From: a virus | Lineage: Duplodnaviria; Caudoviricetes | DNA: 46,091 bases | IMG/VR virus record: IMGVR_UViG_3300028599_000007 | Span: 1 to 46,091 of that record | Direction: 5' to 3' (one strand) | Part shown: positions 29,534-39,031 of the stretch, piece after piece | Position numbering within the stretch: the first letter of the stretch is position 1 | Layout of the letters: each line of letters begins with the position of its first letter | The notes under the pieces: model-generated | What the model was told of the DNA's origin: nothing | Seen by the model: only the letters and a program-made list of their open reading frames with translations | Databases searched by the model: none | Translations under genes and position numbers: made by a program

Positions 29534-29865
29534 TGTTCAAAAAAGAGATTTGGCGCATCTCGTTCATCAATGTTGATTACTATTACACCGTTTTCTTCCA
29601 TGTCTCTTTGCTGTTCTGCATCCTTTGTCGATGTCTTGTCCCCTGTATGATGCTTGTCCTGCACTCGGATTGCATGGAGTTTTTCCTTGTCAAACATTCC
29701 AATATCAATAGATGCCTTTTTGTAGATCTCGTTGTAGAGACTGTAACATTCTTCTGAGACAAAATCACTAATTGATTGCTGTGTCCAAAACAATGCATTT
29801 GGAAATACTATCTTTAGAATTCTCAGTGTTGTTCTTTCCCCACGTCCTATGAATTGCGCACTCAT
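29470..29865 (-). CDS. Restriction-endonuclease-like (Vsr/DUF559-type) protein
   Basis: GRGE...SIDI...AIRVQDKHH...KDAEQQRDMEENGVIVINIDE pattern. Confidence 0.55.
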   Translation of the reverse strand: MSAQFIGRGERTTLRILKIVFPNALFWTQQSISDFVSEECYSLYNEIYKKASIDIGMFDKEKLHAIRVQDKHHTGDKTSTKDAEQQRDMEENGVIVINIDERDAPNLFFEQWNYKSFYQVLDPVYKAKIRI

Positions 29866-31575
29866 TGAAAGTATCCTTTTCCTTCAAACAGTTGCAGTCT
29901 GCTCTTGTCATAAATTTCGTAAATGTCATCGTAATCGGTAACTCCTTCTATTGTTTTTAACAGATCTAGGGCTTTTTTCCATGCAATGTTTCTTTCTGGA
30001 GCTGTGCATTTTGCAGAGCATTTCTCCACATGAGGATATTCAAAGCCAGGTGAGTTTAGCTTGAACAGTACCTCCTGAATTAGATCATAGTTAAACGGGA
30101 TTGTTTCCAGGGCTTCATCCATTTTATGTAATATCTCCATGCATGCCTTGTCATCGGCATGATTTGGTTTGTAATTTGGATTAAGGATTGGTTTTCTCAT
30201 TTTAGCTATTTTTTAGCTTTCTCAAAAATAACTTTATATTTTTCATTTCTCATGTTTAGTTGTTTGATGTGTTCCTGGCATCTCTTGAATTTTTGATTAT
30301 TTACAGTAATTATGGTTGCTGATTTTCCACACATAGAGCATTGCACTGTCTTGCACTGTGTTGGAAGTCTTATTTTCTTCATGTATTTTTTCTGGTTTTT
30401 TCTTTTCTCGGTTGGCCTGTCATCAGCATATGCCTTTTTTGGCATTGGATACCAACTCATTGGTCAAAACACCATTTACAGTCAGGAGGATGATTTTTGT
30501 ACAGTTTGATTTGGTCCTTTACCTTTTCTTGATTTTTATGTAAAAATTTTATGATTCTTCTGAATCCAGTGTGTGTGATTATGGTAGTTTGAAATTTCAA
30601 ACCATTGTAGGAAGTGTAAGTTTCAGGCATCGTGTAAGTCAAGGGATATATCCACCACAATTTTCATAATCCCTAACAAACCTATTGTATTGTTTCCATT
30701 CAAGAACTTGACTAAATGTAATTCCGTTAGGTTGTAGTTTTCTTTCCATTTGTAGAATCTTTTGATTTGTGTCGCTCCAATATTCTTCATCATCTTCTTT
30801 TGTGGTGCTCCAAAATTGTTTATCTTGTTGTGGCATTTTAATTAAAATACATCCAGTTTTGTCTGGTCTCTGCATTGCTTTGCATGCATTTCTTGCTGGT
30901 ATGCATCTAGATTATTGAGATCCTTTCCGCAAAGATTGCACTTGGAATCTTTTAGAGTCCCAGGATATTGTGATTTTGACACGGGTCTATCATTCTTTAC
31001 TCTTGGTGATAAGAGCTAATTCGTGGATTGCATGCCAGGAATCACAATCAACACATTTTGTAAATATCCGACTGTCAGGACTAATAGTGTAATTTTCAGG
31101 GTTTTTCATCATAGCTTCACCAATAATCTTTATTTCTTCATTGGAAAAACTCATCAGTATTCAGAACTCCTTTTTCTGATCTGTTCATCCATTAGTTTTT
31201 GATTAAAAACTTCAAGCTTCTTAATCTTATCGGTTATAATTTCAAATCTTTTTTCAAACGAGTTATTAGAGTCTACCAATTCGTTTACTACTTCAGGTTC
31301 GAGTACTCTTTTTTTAATTATCATTTTTTCTTTGGTTCTCTAATTAACAAGATAGTGTTTTTGTTTGGAAACCACCAAGATATAATTTGATGAACCTCAA
31401 AGTTATGTTTTTTTAAAATTGGCAGTATTGGATTTAAACTCACGGACCCATCTTTATCATACTTGATATGAATTCTTTCCATGTCCGTATCACATACTCC
31501 AAGCATTACAGATATTCCCAATTTACGATTTGTCATCTTTTTTGAAATTAACTGTTTAACTTGTCTAGATTTCAT
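29862..31575 (-). other. Small hypothetical genes (29862-30200, 30206-30460, 30457-30660, 30639-30875, 31321-31575)
   Basis: Abutting - strand ORFs, several Cys-rich. Confidence 0.55.
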
Positions 31576-31640
31576 TTTATTTTATTATTATTATATTATT
31601 GTAATACATACAACATACATACATACATACAACATGCAGT

Positions 31641-31982
31641 TTAGTTAAACTTCTTTTGTTCAAATCTTTTGTCTTTTTCCATCTTCAAGTGCATCATAAA
31701 TCCGTCAAGTTGGCCTGCAGTTAGTGCCTGCGACCACTGATCAATGTTTTCTGTTTGGATCATTTCTTGCATTTTCTCCCTGAACTCATTGGCTTTATCA
31801 GGGTCTTTCATCATTTCTTGATAATCCATTACCTTGTTTCCCACCTTAGCTAGTTCCCGTATGCACTCTGAAAGATTTGAAAATTGGCCTTCAGGGTTTT
31901 GGTGTGTTCGAACCTTTTTTTCGTATTCGTCAAGGTCCCTCATGTCAAGCCTCAAGCTGATACTAATGGATCTTTTTATCAT
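31641..31982 (-). CDS. RHH-domain transcription regulator
   Basis: SISISLRL...FSNLSECIREL. Confidence 0.6.
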   Translation of the reverse strand: MIKRSISISLRLDMRDLDEYEKKVRTHQNPEGQFSNLSECIRELAKVGNKVMDYQEMMKDPDKANEFREKMQEMIQTENIDQWSQALTAGQLDGFMMHLKMEKDKRFEQKKFN

Positions 31983-32350
31983 GATTGATTTCCCTGTATT
32001 TCACATACTTGAGGAATTGAGGCGCAGTATCCCACATGTCTACACTCTTTACTTTCACAGAACATACATTCCAATCTATTTTGGACAAATTTTATCTCAA
32101 TGACTCGGTTCATTTTATTATCTTTTAATAATACACGATCTGGATCAATTGAAATTTGTTCAATTACTGGACTAAATTTTGCAAATGTTTCATCTTTTTT
32201 CATCATTTCTTCCAACATATACGTGAGATATCCTGCAAAACTGTTGACTCCTTTACTGTACATATTTTCTTTATTTGCCTGATAGACATTGAAGAATTTA
32301 TCATAAATTGTATCCTTGACGGTAATTGATTTGAATCCAGCTTTAGGCAT
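31979..32350 (-). CDS. Thaumarchaeal-type conserved protein (RHH-like N-terminus, C-terminal CxxC-CxH finger)
   Basis: MPKAGFKSITVKDTIYDKF..GVNSFAGYLTYMLEEMM..CMFCESKECRHVGY resembles from memory a conserved Nitrosopumilus hypothetical protein. Confidence 0.65.
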   Translation of the reverse strand: MPKAGFKSITVKDTIYDKFFNVYQANKENMYSKGVNSFAGYLTYMLEEMMKKDETFAKFSPVIEQISIDPDRVLLKDNKMNRVIEIKFVQNRLECMFCESKECRHVGYCASIPQVCEIQGNQS

Positions 32351-32501
32351 TAACTTTTCTCCTTTTTTGTTAACCAAATCTTGTTTAGTTCCTCGGCTTT
32401 TCTAATTGCTTTCTCTTTGATTGTATCTGGCATGGAATTCAAGACAACATAGTATATTTTATCAGGAGTTTCTAGTACTGCAAACTCAACAATCTTTGCC
32501 A

Positions 32502-32810
32502 TTAGTTTAATCTCTTCCAGACTTCAGGTTTGTAAGCTGCTTTCATTATCAGCCAGACCAGGATTCCTTCTTTCTTCTTTTCTTGTGCATAATCATAGAG
32601 TAACTGAGATTCCTTTGGGCCGATGTATGGTTTCACGCTTGAGAATTTTAACTGTGCCTCGTGCTTGTATCCTTCCGCATCAGTCCATTCCACATCAGTT
32701 TTACCGAGGGATAATGGATGACGAAGAATTTTTGTTGCACCTTGCTTTTTCATTCTTTTGAGGAATCGTGTCTCATAGGAATTCCCTTTCCTTTTGTTTG
32801 GATGTGTCAT
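32502..32810 (-). CDS. Archaeal-type Holliday junction resolvase (Hjc-like)
   Basis: NKRKGNSYE...TDV...EAQLKFS PD-(D/E)XK pattern, 102 aa. Confidence 0.65.
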   Translation of the reverse strand: MTHPNKRKGNSYETRFLKRMKKQGATKILRHPLSLGKTDVEWTDAEGYKHEAQLKFSSVKPYIGPKESQLLYDYAQEKKKEGILVWLIMKAAYKPEVWKRLN

Positions 32811-33149
32811 TTTATAATCACGTAAGGTTCGCCATCAATACTAATACCCACATAATTTTCAAACCAGCCTCCCATTCTGTGGTATTCAACTCTTTCAGTC
32901 ATTTCCTTTTCTTTGTTTGGATGTGTCATTTCTCAGTATACCTCTTACCGCATAGACAGATGAAGATTTGGCATGAATCGCCTGAGCATGTAATCTTTTG
33001 AAGATGCATTGAACAAGACAAACAGTGTGGAATCATTCAAGTTTGCCTGTCCATTTTTCACATAAAAATAGTTTGTGTGCGGTCAACTCGGCAAGTCCAT
33101 TAAGAGTATCAATAAATCTTTTTCCACATTTGTCACATTCCATAAGTAA

Positions 33150-33704
33150 TCATTTTGCGGTCTCAGAAAATTCTCTAAGATATTCTTCATCCAATACCAC
33201 GTATGGATCACCGCTTCCTTTGGTGTTGGGCATGGAAATGAAATTAACATTATCAATACAGGATCTTATCTCATCCTTGAAGAATTTATGAAAAGGATCA
33301 TGATATTTTTCAGGTACATAGATTGTTTGTATTTGCATAATTTGTGCAGGAATGTTGAATTCTGGAAATGAGTAAATCACATTTACGCCCATGCGACACA
33401 ACTGTTGATTAAAAAACAATTGTACAGCTTCTGCAGTATTGGCTCTCTGTTTTGCCTCGATAAGATATGAGGATTTACCCTTAGTTATGAAAAAATCTGG
33501 CCTGGTCCTTACAAACAGTGAGGACGTGTTATAATATTTTTGCAAGTCAAGTATTTGATTTGCATTAAACTGCTTCTCATATCCGTAATCAATTACCATG
33601 TCATTATCAGAGAGACCAAACCTTTCTCTGATCTCTTGCTCAGTTACTGTGAAACTTTCAGGTTTTATTGTTTGCAATTGCAAGCAGCCTCCGTGCATTC
33701 TCAA
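33150..33704 (-). CDS. PD-(D/E)XK nuclease-family protein
   Basis: RTRPDFFI...LIEAKQR; directly downstream of the MTase; true start probably slightly downstream of the track start. Confidence 0.65.
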   Translation of the reverse strand: MRMHGGCLQLQTIKPESFTVTEQEIRERFGLSDNDMVIDYGYEKQFNANQILDLQKYYNTSSLFVRTRPDFFITKGKSSYLIEAKQRANTAEAVQLFFNQQLCRMGVNVIYSFPEFNIPAQIMQIQTIYVPEKYHDPFHKFFKDEIRSCIDNVNFISMPNTKGSGDPYVVLDEEYLREFSETAK

Positions 33705-34899
33705 AGTGATCTTTGTCTACTTCACAACCAATGAATTGTCTTTCCAGTTTGTTGGCAGAGATTCCAAATGTCCCAGATCCTAAGAATGGATCATAGACAA
33801 TTTCATTTTCTACTGTTGTATGTTTAATGTAATAGTCAGATTCTGCAGTCGATTGAGCCCATTCATGTTCGTCCTTGTCAGGTTTTGTGGATTTGACAAG
33901 ATCAGAAACATAGTCTCCCTCATACTTTCCTTTTGTAAACCATAGCATGGGTTTCCATGCAACCATTGTCTTTGACGCATGAACCGATGTGGATGGTCCT
34001 GAATGAATTATTGCAAGAGGCCAATGAAAGTCCAATCCGTATTTTTTCATAAAATTACAAATTTCAGGTATGTTTTTCTGGCCTACAAAAGTGATTAGAG
34101 AGCCACCATCTTTTAGAACTCTTGCAGCTTGTTTTGCCAGGTCTTCAAACAGGGGAAGAAATTCATCATGGTATGGAGGGTCTGTAAAGATTAGAGATAT
34201 TGAACCATCAGGAATTGGAGCTTTTTGAAATTCACAATTATGAAGGGTGATTGATTCGGGAAGAATAATTTGATCATGTTGAATCTGATCTTCACGTATA
34301 CGTTTCTTTTTTAATTTTTTTAGTTTAATGTAGACTGAATTTGTAGTGGTTTTATTTTCATTGTTATCTATGGCCTCAAACAGCTTGGCAAATTTGGGAT
34401 TTGTTTCAGACTCTTCCTTAATTTCCTCTAATTTTTTGATTGTGTTTGAGGACAATCCAGTATATTCTGCAATCACATCTCTAGATTTCTTCTGTGAACT
34501 TTGTGGAGAATCTCCACTATGTTGATTTATATCATTTCTGTTTCCTTGACGTTTTTTAGCTTCTTTTTTAATCTCAGGCTCTAAGGCATTTTTTATTGAT
34601 AAAACTTCTGACTTTGTAAAATTCTTGCGTACACTATTTTCATGAAATTCACCTAGCGTTAAATCTTCAAGATTTACAATATGAACAGGTATTTCAGTCC
34701 AGCCAATCTTTTTACAAGCTTCAACCCTTCTTTGACCTGCAATCAGATTATAGTTTTCATCAACTACAATCGGATGAAGTAGGCCAATTTCCTTAATGCT
34801 TGAAACCATCATTTCAAGATCTCCAAACTCCTTTCGGAATCTAATACCAATTTGTATTTCAGATATTGGGAGTTTTGGAGTATCTAGTTTTTGTCTCAT
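33658..34899 (-). CDS. ParB/Srx domain + HTH + beta-class N6A/N4C DNA methyltransferase fusion
   Basis: SIKEIGLLHPIVV..LIAGQRRVEA..ENSVRKNF (ParB); SRDVIAEYTGLSSNTI (HTH); FTDPPY preceding YDPFLGSGT (MTase motif IV then I). Confidence 0.9.
   Translation of the reverse strand: MRQKLDTPKLPISEIQIGIRFRKEFGDLEMMVSSIKEIGLLHPIVVDENYNLIAGQRRVEACKKIGWTEIPVHIVNLEDLTLGEFHENSVRKNFTKSEVLSIKNALEPEIKKEAKKRQGNRNDINQHSGDSPQSSQKKSRDVIAEYTGLSSNTIKKLEEIKEESETNPKFAKLFEAIDNNENKTTTNSVYIKLKKLKKKRIREDQIQHDQIILPESITLHNCEFQKAPIPDGSISLIFTDPPYHDEFLPLFEDLAKQAARVLKDGGSLITFVGQKNIPEICNFMKKYGLDFHWPLAIIHSGPSTSVHASKTMVAWKPMLWFTKGKYEGDYVSDLVKSTKPDKDEHEWAQSTAESDYYIKHTTVENEIVYDPFLGSGTFGISANKLERQFIGCEVDKDHFENARRLLAIANNKT
34497..34523. 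repeat. Palindrome-containing repeat, copy 3 (27 bp), inside the ParB-MTase CDS
   Basis: aactttGTGGAGAaTCTCCACtatgtt; encodes (Q)HSGDSPQS just before the HTH. Confidence 0.95.
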
Positions 34900-35792
34900 G
34901 CTAGGTTCCTCACTACTGCAATTTTCTTGAATTGCTTTTCGTCTGTCTTTAACAGCATTATCTTTGAGAGTAAAGAGTCACCTGTAGGAAGTCCAATTTC
35001 TTTTGAGATGACACACATTGATCTTACATAGTTGCCATTTTTTACTTCCTGGACTGTTGCAATAGGATCTCTCTTTACGATGTAGATTGTTTCCAGGTCT
35101 TCCTTTGACTGGATTTCCATCTCACCCTTGCTTGTAAGTTCTGCGAATTCCTCAACTGTGAGCCAGTCCTTGACCAGCTCCCATGATTTCTTTTCTGCCT
35201 TTTCATGTTGAATCTCTTCTGCGGTTCTGTTAAGTTTCAAAAATTTGTTTATTTTGCTAAGATGATATCGTATCTTTCTGAATTGTCTTCTGTCATACCA
35301 TTTTCTTGTTGATTGTAATCTGTCAAGGTCTGATGTAACCGTCCAGGTCCCATCAGCTCTTAGGAACATAGAAGCTGATCCAGCTGTAGCGGTGTAAGTT
35401 TGATTTCTCAGTGGATCATAAGTTGTGCCATCAGTACAACTGTTTTCCCAAATATCGTGTCGTTGATTCATCAATAATTGTTGATTGTGATAATTAGAAT
35501 CGGTCTCCAACCTGGTTCTCCATTGTTCGAATCGATCAGGTTCTGACTCTTGCATCTCATCCAATGGTGCAAAGTCCCAGGTTCCAGTATTGTCTTGATT
35601 GCTTCCAAACCATGCAAAAGAAAAAGTATTGGTGGCGGTACTATCCGCATTGAAATCAAGGTTGCCTGAGGTTCTCAACCTCCAACCGTCAAACCGTGAT
35701 CTCAATCTGTTGCCTGAATCCAATGGTCTGAACACATGCCTAACGTACACATTTTTTTGGTTGCAAACTCTTCGCATCCTTTGATGCAGCAA
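34896..35792 (-). CDS. Hypothetical protein with conserved-looking C-terminal Cys domain
   Basis: AEKKSWELVKDWLT..YIVKR..SMCVIS..LPTGDSLLSKIMLLKTDEKQFKKIA; real start probably downstream of 35702. Confidence 0.7.
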   Translation of the reverse strand: MLHQRMRRVCNQKNVYVRHVFRPLDSGNRLRSRFDGWRLRTSGNLDFNADSTATNTFSFAWFGSNQDNTGTWDFAPLDEMQESEPDRFEQWRTRLETDSNYHNQQLLMNQRHDIWENSCTDGTTYDPLRNQTYTATAGSASMFLRADGTWTVTSDLDRLQSTRKWYDRRQFRKIRYHLSKINKFLKLNRTAEEIQHEKAEKKSWELVKDWLTVEEFAELTSKGEMEIQSKEDLETIYIVKRDPIATVQEVKNGNYVRSMCVISKEIGLPTGDSLLSKIMLLKTDEKQFKKIAVVRNLA

Positions 35793-35854
35793 GGTTTTGA
35801 CTTGATGATCTCAATTACATCCTCACCAAGGTCAAGATTGATTAATCTCCCCAT
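35702..35854 (-). CDS. 50-aa zinc-finger protein (below track cutoff)
   Basis: MGRLINLDLGEDVIEIIKSKPCCIKGCEEFATKKMCTLGMCSDHWIQATD*; ATG 1 nt after the upstream stop. Confidence 0.6.
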   Translation of the reverse strand: MGRLINLDLGEDVIEIIKSKPCCIKGCEEFATKKMCTLGMCSDHWIQATD

Positions 35855-35855
35855 C

Positions 35856-36122
35856 TCAACCACTCACCACTGGTTTTGCAATGAGACGTTTCTTGACATG
35901 CTTTGTCAGGATAAACTTGGTGAGTTTCTCATCAGTGACTTCCTTGGCATCGTGAAGTACCATAAACACACCTTCGGTTTCATGGTATCCATACAGATAG
36001 TACCCATCTTCGAGTTTTTCTGTTATCAATTTCTTGATGTCTCGAACATGTTTTTTGTTTGTAGGATCATAACGTTCTTCCTTATGTCCTTCTGTTTTTG
36101 TCATGATTTGTAATGTTTCCAT
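35856..36122 (-). CDS. 88-aa protein ending in ..LIAKPVVSG
   Basis: ORF with a C-terminal hydrophobic strand, Pro and terminal Gly. Confidence 0.75.
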   Translation of the reverse strand: METLQIMTKTEGHKEERYDPTNKKHVRDIKKLITEKLEDGYYLYGYHETEGVFMVLHDAKEVTDEKLTKFILTKHVKKRLIAKPVVSG

Positions 36123-36259
36123 GATTGTAATTTAGAAAATTGTTTTTAATTCGTTGCAGTGTTTATGCGTCCAAAAATAGACGGTATCATTCCCATAAAT
36201 CAAATTGCTGTTTCTTATGGTCAGCCCATTGACGATAAAATGATAATTATAATTCATGA

Positions 36260-36562
36260 TTAGTTCCAACCTCTTATTTTTTTTGCCTGCATCATATGCT
36301 TGCACTGCAAGACATGTCCATGCTCATTCTTGAAATTTTGTGTACTTCTGTTTAGAAAATCACCACACCCACAATACTCTGCCTCGGATGGATTTTTTGT
36401 TATTCTTCCAAGATATGCAATGTAATCCTCACGAAATAATTTTTCTGTCTTTATCACGTTGTAATAGCAAAACTTTTCAGTTTCGACAGTGAATTGTATC
36501 CTTACGTCTTCTGACTTTTGTACTCTCTTTTTCTGGGAGAATATCTGTTGTGAGGTTTCCAT
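36260..36562 (-). CDS. SWIM-type zinc-finger protein
   Basis: YCGCGDF...QCKHM (CxC-x(n)-CxH). Confidence 0.7.
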   Translation of the reverse strand: METSQQIFSQKKRVQKSEDVRIQFTVETEKFCYYNVIKTEKLFREDYIAYLGRITKNPSEAEYCGCGDFLNRSTQNFKNEHGHVLQCKHMMQAKKIRGWN

Positions 36563-37476
36563 TAGAATTTTCTCCTGTTGGTGTAATCGACTAATTCATT
36601 GACTTTTTCACGAAATTCTCCAAAAATGACTATTGCGTCTGTAAGACTATCTATTGTTTTTGCTTGTAATGGTTTTAGATTATAGATTTTTGAATTTTTT
36701 CTCTTTTCCTTTTCAGCTTGCTCAAGAAGTCCAGCTAATGCTGCAATTGCCTTTGGAATATTTCCTAGCTCCAGGAGCTTTATGACATCATCACAAAATA
36801 CTATGACTGCATCTGCGTGGACCATTATTTTTTATCCGCCTTATGATGATGAGTTTTCTGGTGTTCGTCACGTTCTTGTTCTATGAGAAAATGTCTGGTG
36901 CATCCACCGCAACCAAACTGAAATCCAATACCTGCCAATTTATCATTATTCAAGAGGCTATAAGCTCCTGCGCAAATTTTGTCACTTCGGATTGAAATTT
37001 TTCTGGGTCTTCAATTGCCGAAACCTCTAGCACTGCAATCTTTTGCATGGTTTTGTATGTTTGATCTTCCTTGTGCTTCTGACATACGATGTAGGTCTTA
37101 ATTCCGTGACTGAAATCAACCTTGATCAGAGATATGGCTGGATCCATACACACGAAGCATTGAGTCATGTATCTTCAGCAACCTCCATTTCCATTGTATC
37201 CTTGAGGCAATTGTACAAAAGATCAGAGTCACATGACTTTTCAAATAACACATTCATGATTGCGATTCCCTTTTGGTTTTTGGTCTGGAGGGTCTTTGTA
37301 AGAAGGCAGCTTGCCACTCGCAGAAATTTTGAAGCGTCTGGAGTATGACCTTTCTTGTATTGCTCGATGAAGAATGGATGATTTCTTAAAAGTTTGGTGA
37401 GCTCCTCAATGGTCTCAGGTACAACGGAAAATGAGATCTGAGGGTTCTGCTTGCGCAGTTCGGGTTTCTTGTGCAT
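36562..37476 (-). other. Small hypothetical genes (36562-36825, 36950-37168 Zn finger, 37165-37476 RHH-like)
   Basis: Abutting ORFs; PQISFSVVPETIEEL..ASKFLRVA in the last. Confidence 0.55.
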
Positions 37477-37884
37477 GTGGTATCCTAATACACAACAAGT
37501 TTCAATTTAAGTCTGTCTTATTATCTAGTCAGTCAAACAACATAAACAACAAATGCAACACAAGTAACTAAGGTAATGTTTTTATGATTAGATGTTGTCA
37601 AACTATGATGTAGTAGAATGGGTTAAGTGCATGTGGTGTGTTTACTGATCTGTTTTACTACAACTGTTTTTTTGTTATAGATTGATCTGTTAGTGGATTG
37701 GCTATTTATCAATTTCCATAAATGGTAATGAATAGTTGAAATAATACAAAAAAAGAATTTTGTAAACGCTAAAATAGCTTATTGAATAATTGCATTTACA
37801 AATAATGTAATTTCAATTATTGGAAAATTGTAATGTAACTTTTCATTTTATGGAATTGTGTTTTACAAAAAATGAAAAATGGAG

Positions 37885-39027
37885 TTATTTCTTATTCAAT
37901 ATCTCTTTTAGAAGAACTTCCATGTGCTGTATCTGTATTCCCTGGTGTATTGAATTCTCTTGTTGCAGTGATAATTTCTTTTGGAGGTCCTCAATTTCAT
38001 CTGACTTTGTTTCTAACTCTATTTGCTTTTCGCGTAATTCGGTATTCTCTTGCTCTTTTTTCTCTATCTCTATCTTGTCTCTTTGCGTGTCATCTATGGT
38101 AAGATCAAGAACAGCTTTTCTAAATTCCTCAAAACATTCCTCCATTGTGGGTTGCAGATAAGTTCCATCAAGACCTCTTTTGTGAGCCATTAATTTTTCT
38201 GCAATGTTTGAATTTACCGAGTTGTTTAGTTTTAGGATGGTGTTGAATCTCTTTCTAAATCCGTATATGGGAGCTTTGTCAAATCTGCGACCTACTCTGG
38301 TTCTTTTAATTCCTGCCTTTGGTATTGTTCTTTCCATTATTTCCCGTGCAGAAAGTACAGACATTGGCCCTCCTTTTGTAGATCTGCTATTGCTAACAAT
38401 GGCAAATAATGGTGATTCATCATCTATGATTTCACCGTTTATCTTTCTGGCATTGTGATATGATTTTAGTGCATCATAAGCTTCTGGTGTGAGAAATGCC
38501 CAATATCCTTCAATGGAGTTATCATAAATTCTAATGCCACAGCACCCGTCAGGCATCTCTACTATGTGCTTCATACGCAATACTGGGTCAGTAATTGAAC
38601 CAGGTCTTGCACCCGTTGAGGCAAGAAAGTGAATGAGTGCCTTTGACCTGAGATTTGGAACCACACTAAGCATTTTGTTAATCTCATCAGTCGTAAATGG
38701 AACTGCCCCTGCCAGGATGGATCCGTCCTCTGGTAACTGTTTTAGTAGTATTTTCTTGTGAATTGGAATGCGGTTCATTTCCAGCATTAAAAATACAGAG
38801 TTTAACATGCCCTTGATTGTGTGATTTTTTATCTTTCTTTTCTTGTGGTGATCGATATAATACATAATATGATCATGAATTGTGTCACTATTTTGAGCAA
38901 GGTATTTGTCCCAATCAGTAATCTCAAAGAGTCGTTCATACCTTCTGAGTGTTCTTTCATAGCCCTCTCTTGTTTTTTGACTGTTAATTGAGCTGCTAAA
39001 TACGTCAATGGCAGACAGTTTTAACAT
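37885..39027 (-). CDS. int: Tyrosine integrase/recombinase with C-terminal coiled coil
   Basis: N-terminal SQKTREGYERTLRRY; catalytic STGAR, YGFRKRF, LMAH..TY. Confidence 0.9.
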   Translation of the reverse strand: MLKLSAIDVFSSSINSQKTREGYERTLRRYERLFEITDWDKYLAQNSDTIHDHIMYYIDHHKKRKIKNHTIKGMLNSVFLMLEMNRIPIHKKILLKQLPEDGSILAGAVPFTTDEINKMLSVVPNLRSKALIHFLASTGARPGSITDPVLRMKHIVEMPDGCCGIRIYDNSIEGYWAFLTPEAYDALKSYHNARKINGEIIDDESPLFAIVSNSRSTKGGPMSVLSAREIMERTIPKAGIKRTRVGRRFDKAPIYGFRKRFNTILKLNNSVNSNIAEKLMAHKRGLDGTYLQPTMEECFEEFRKAVLDLTIDDTQRDKIEIEKKEQENTELREKQIELETKSDEIEDLQKKLSLQQENSIHQGIQIQHMEVLLKEILNKK

Positions 39028-39031
39028 GATT

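Noticed and set aside
8308-34523. Palindromic repeat as a CRISPR repeat or intrinsic terminator
   Set aside because: Copies are kilobases apart with no spacers; on the transcribed (-) strand the hairpin is followed by A-rich, not U-rich, sequence, and one copy is intragenic
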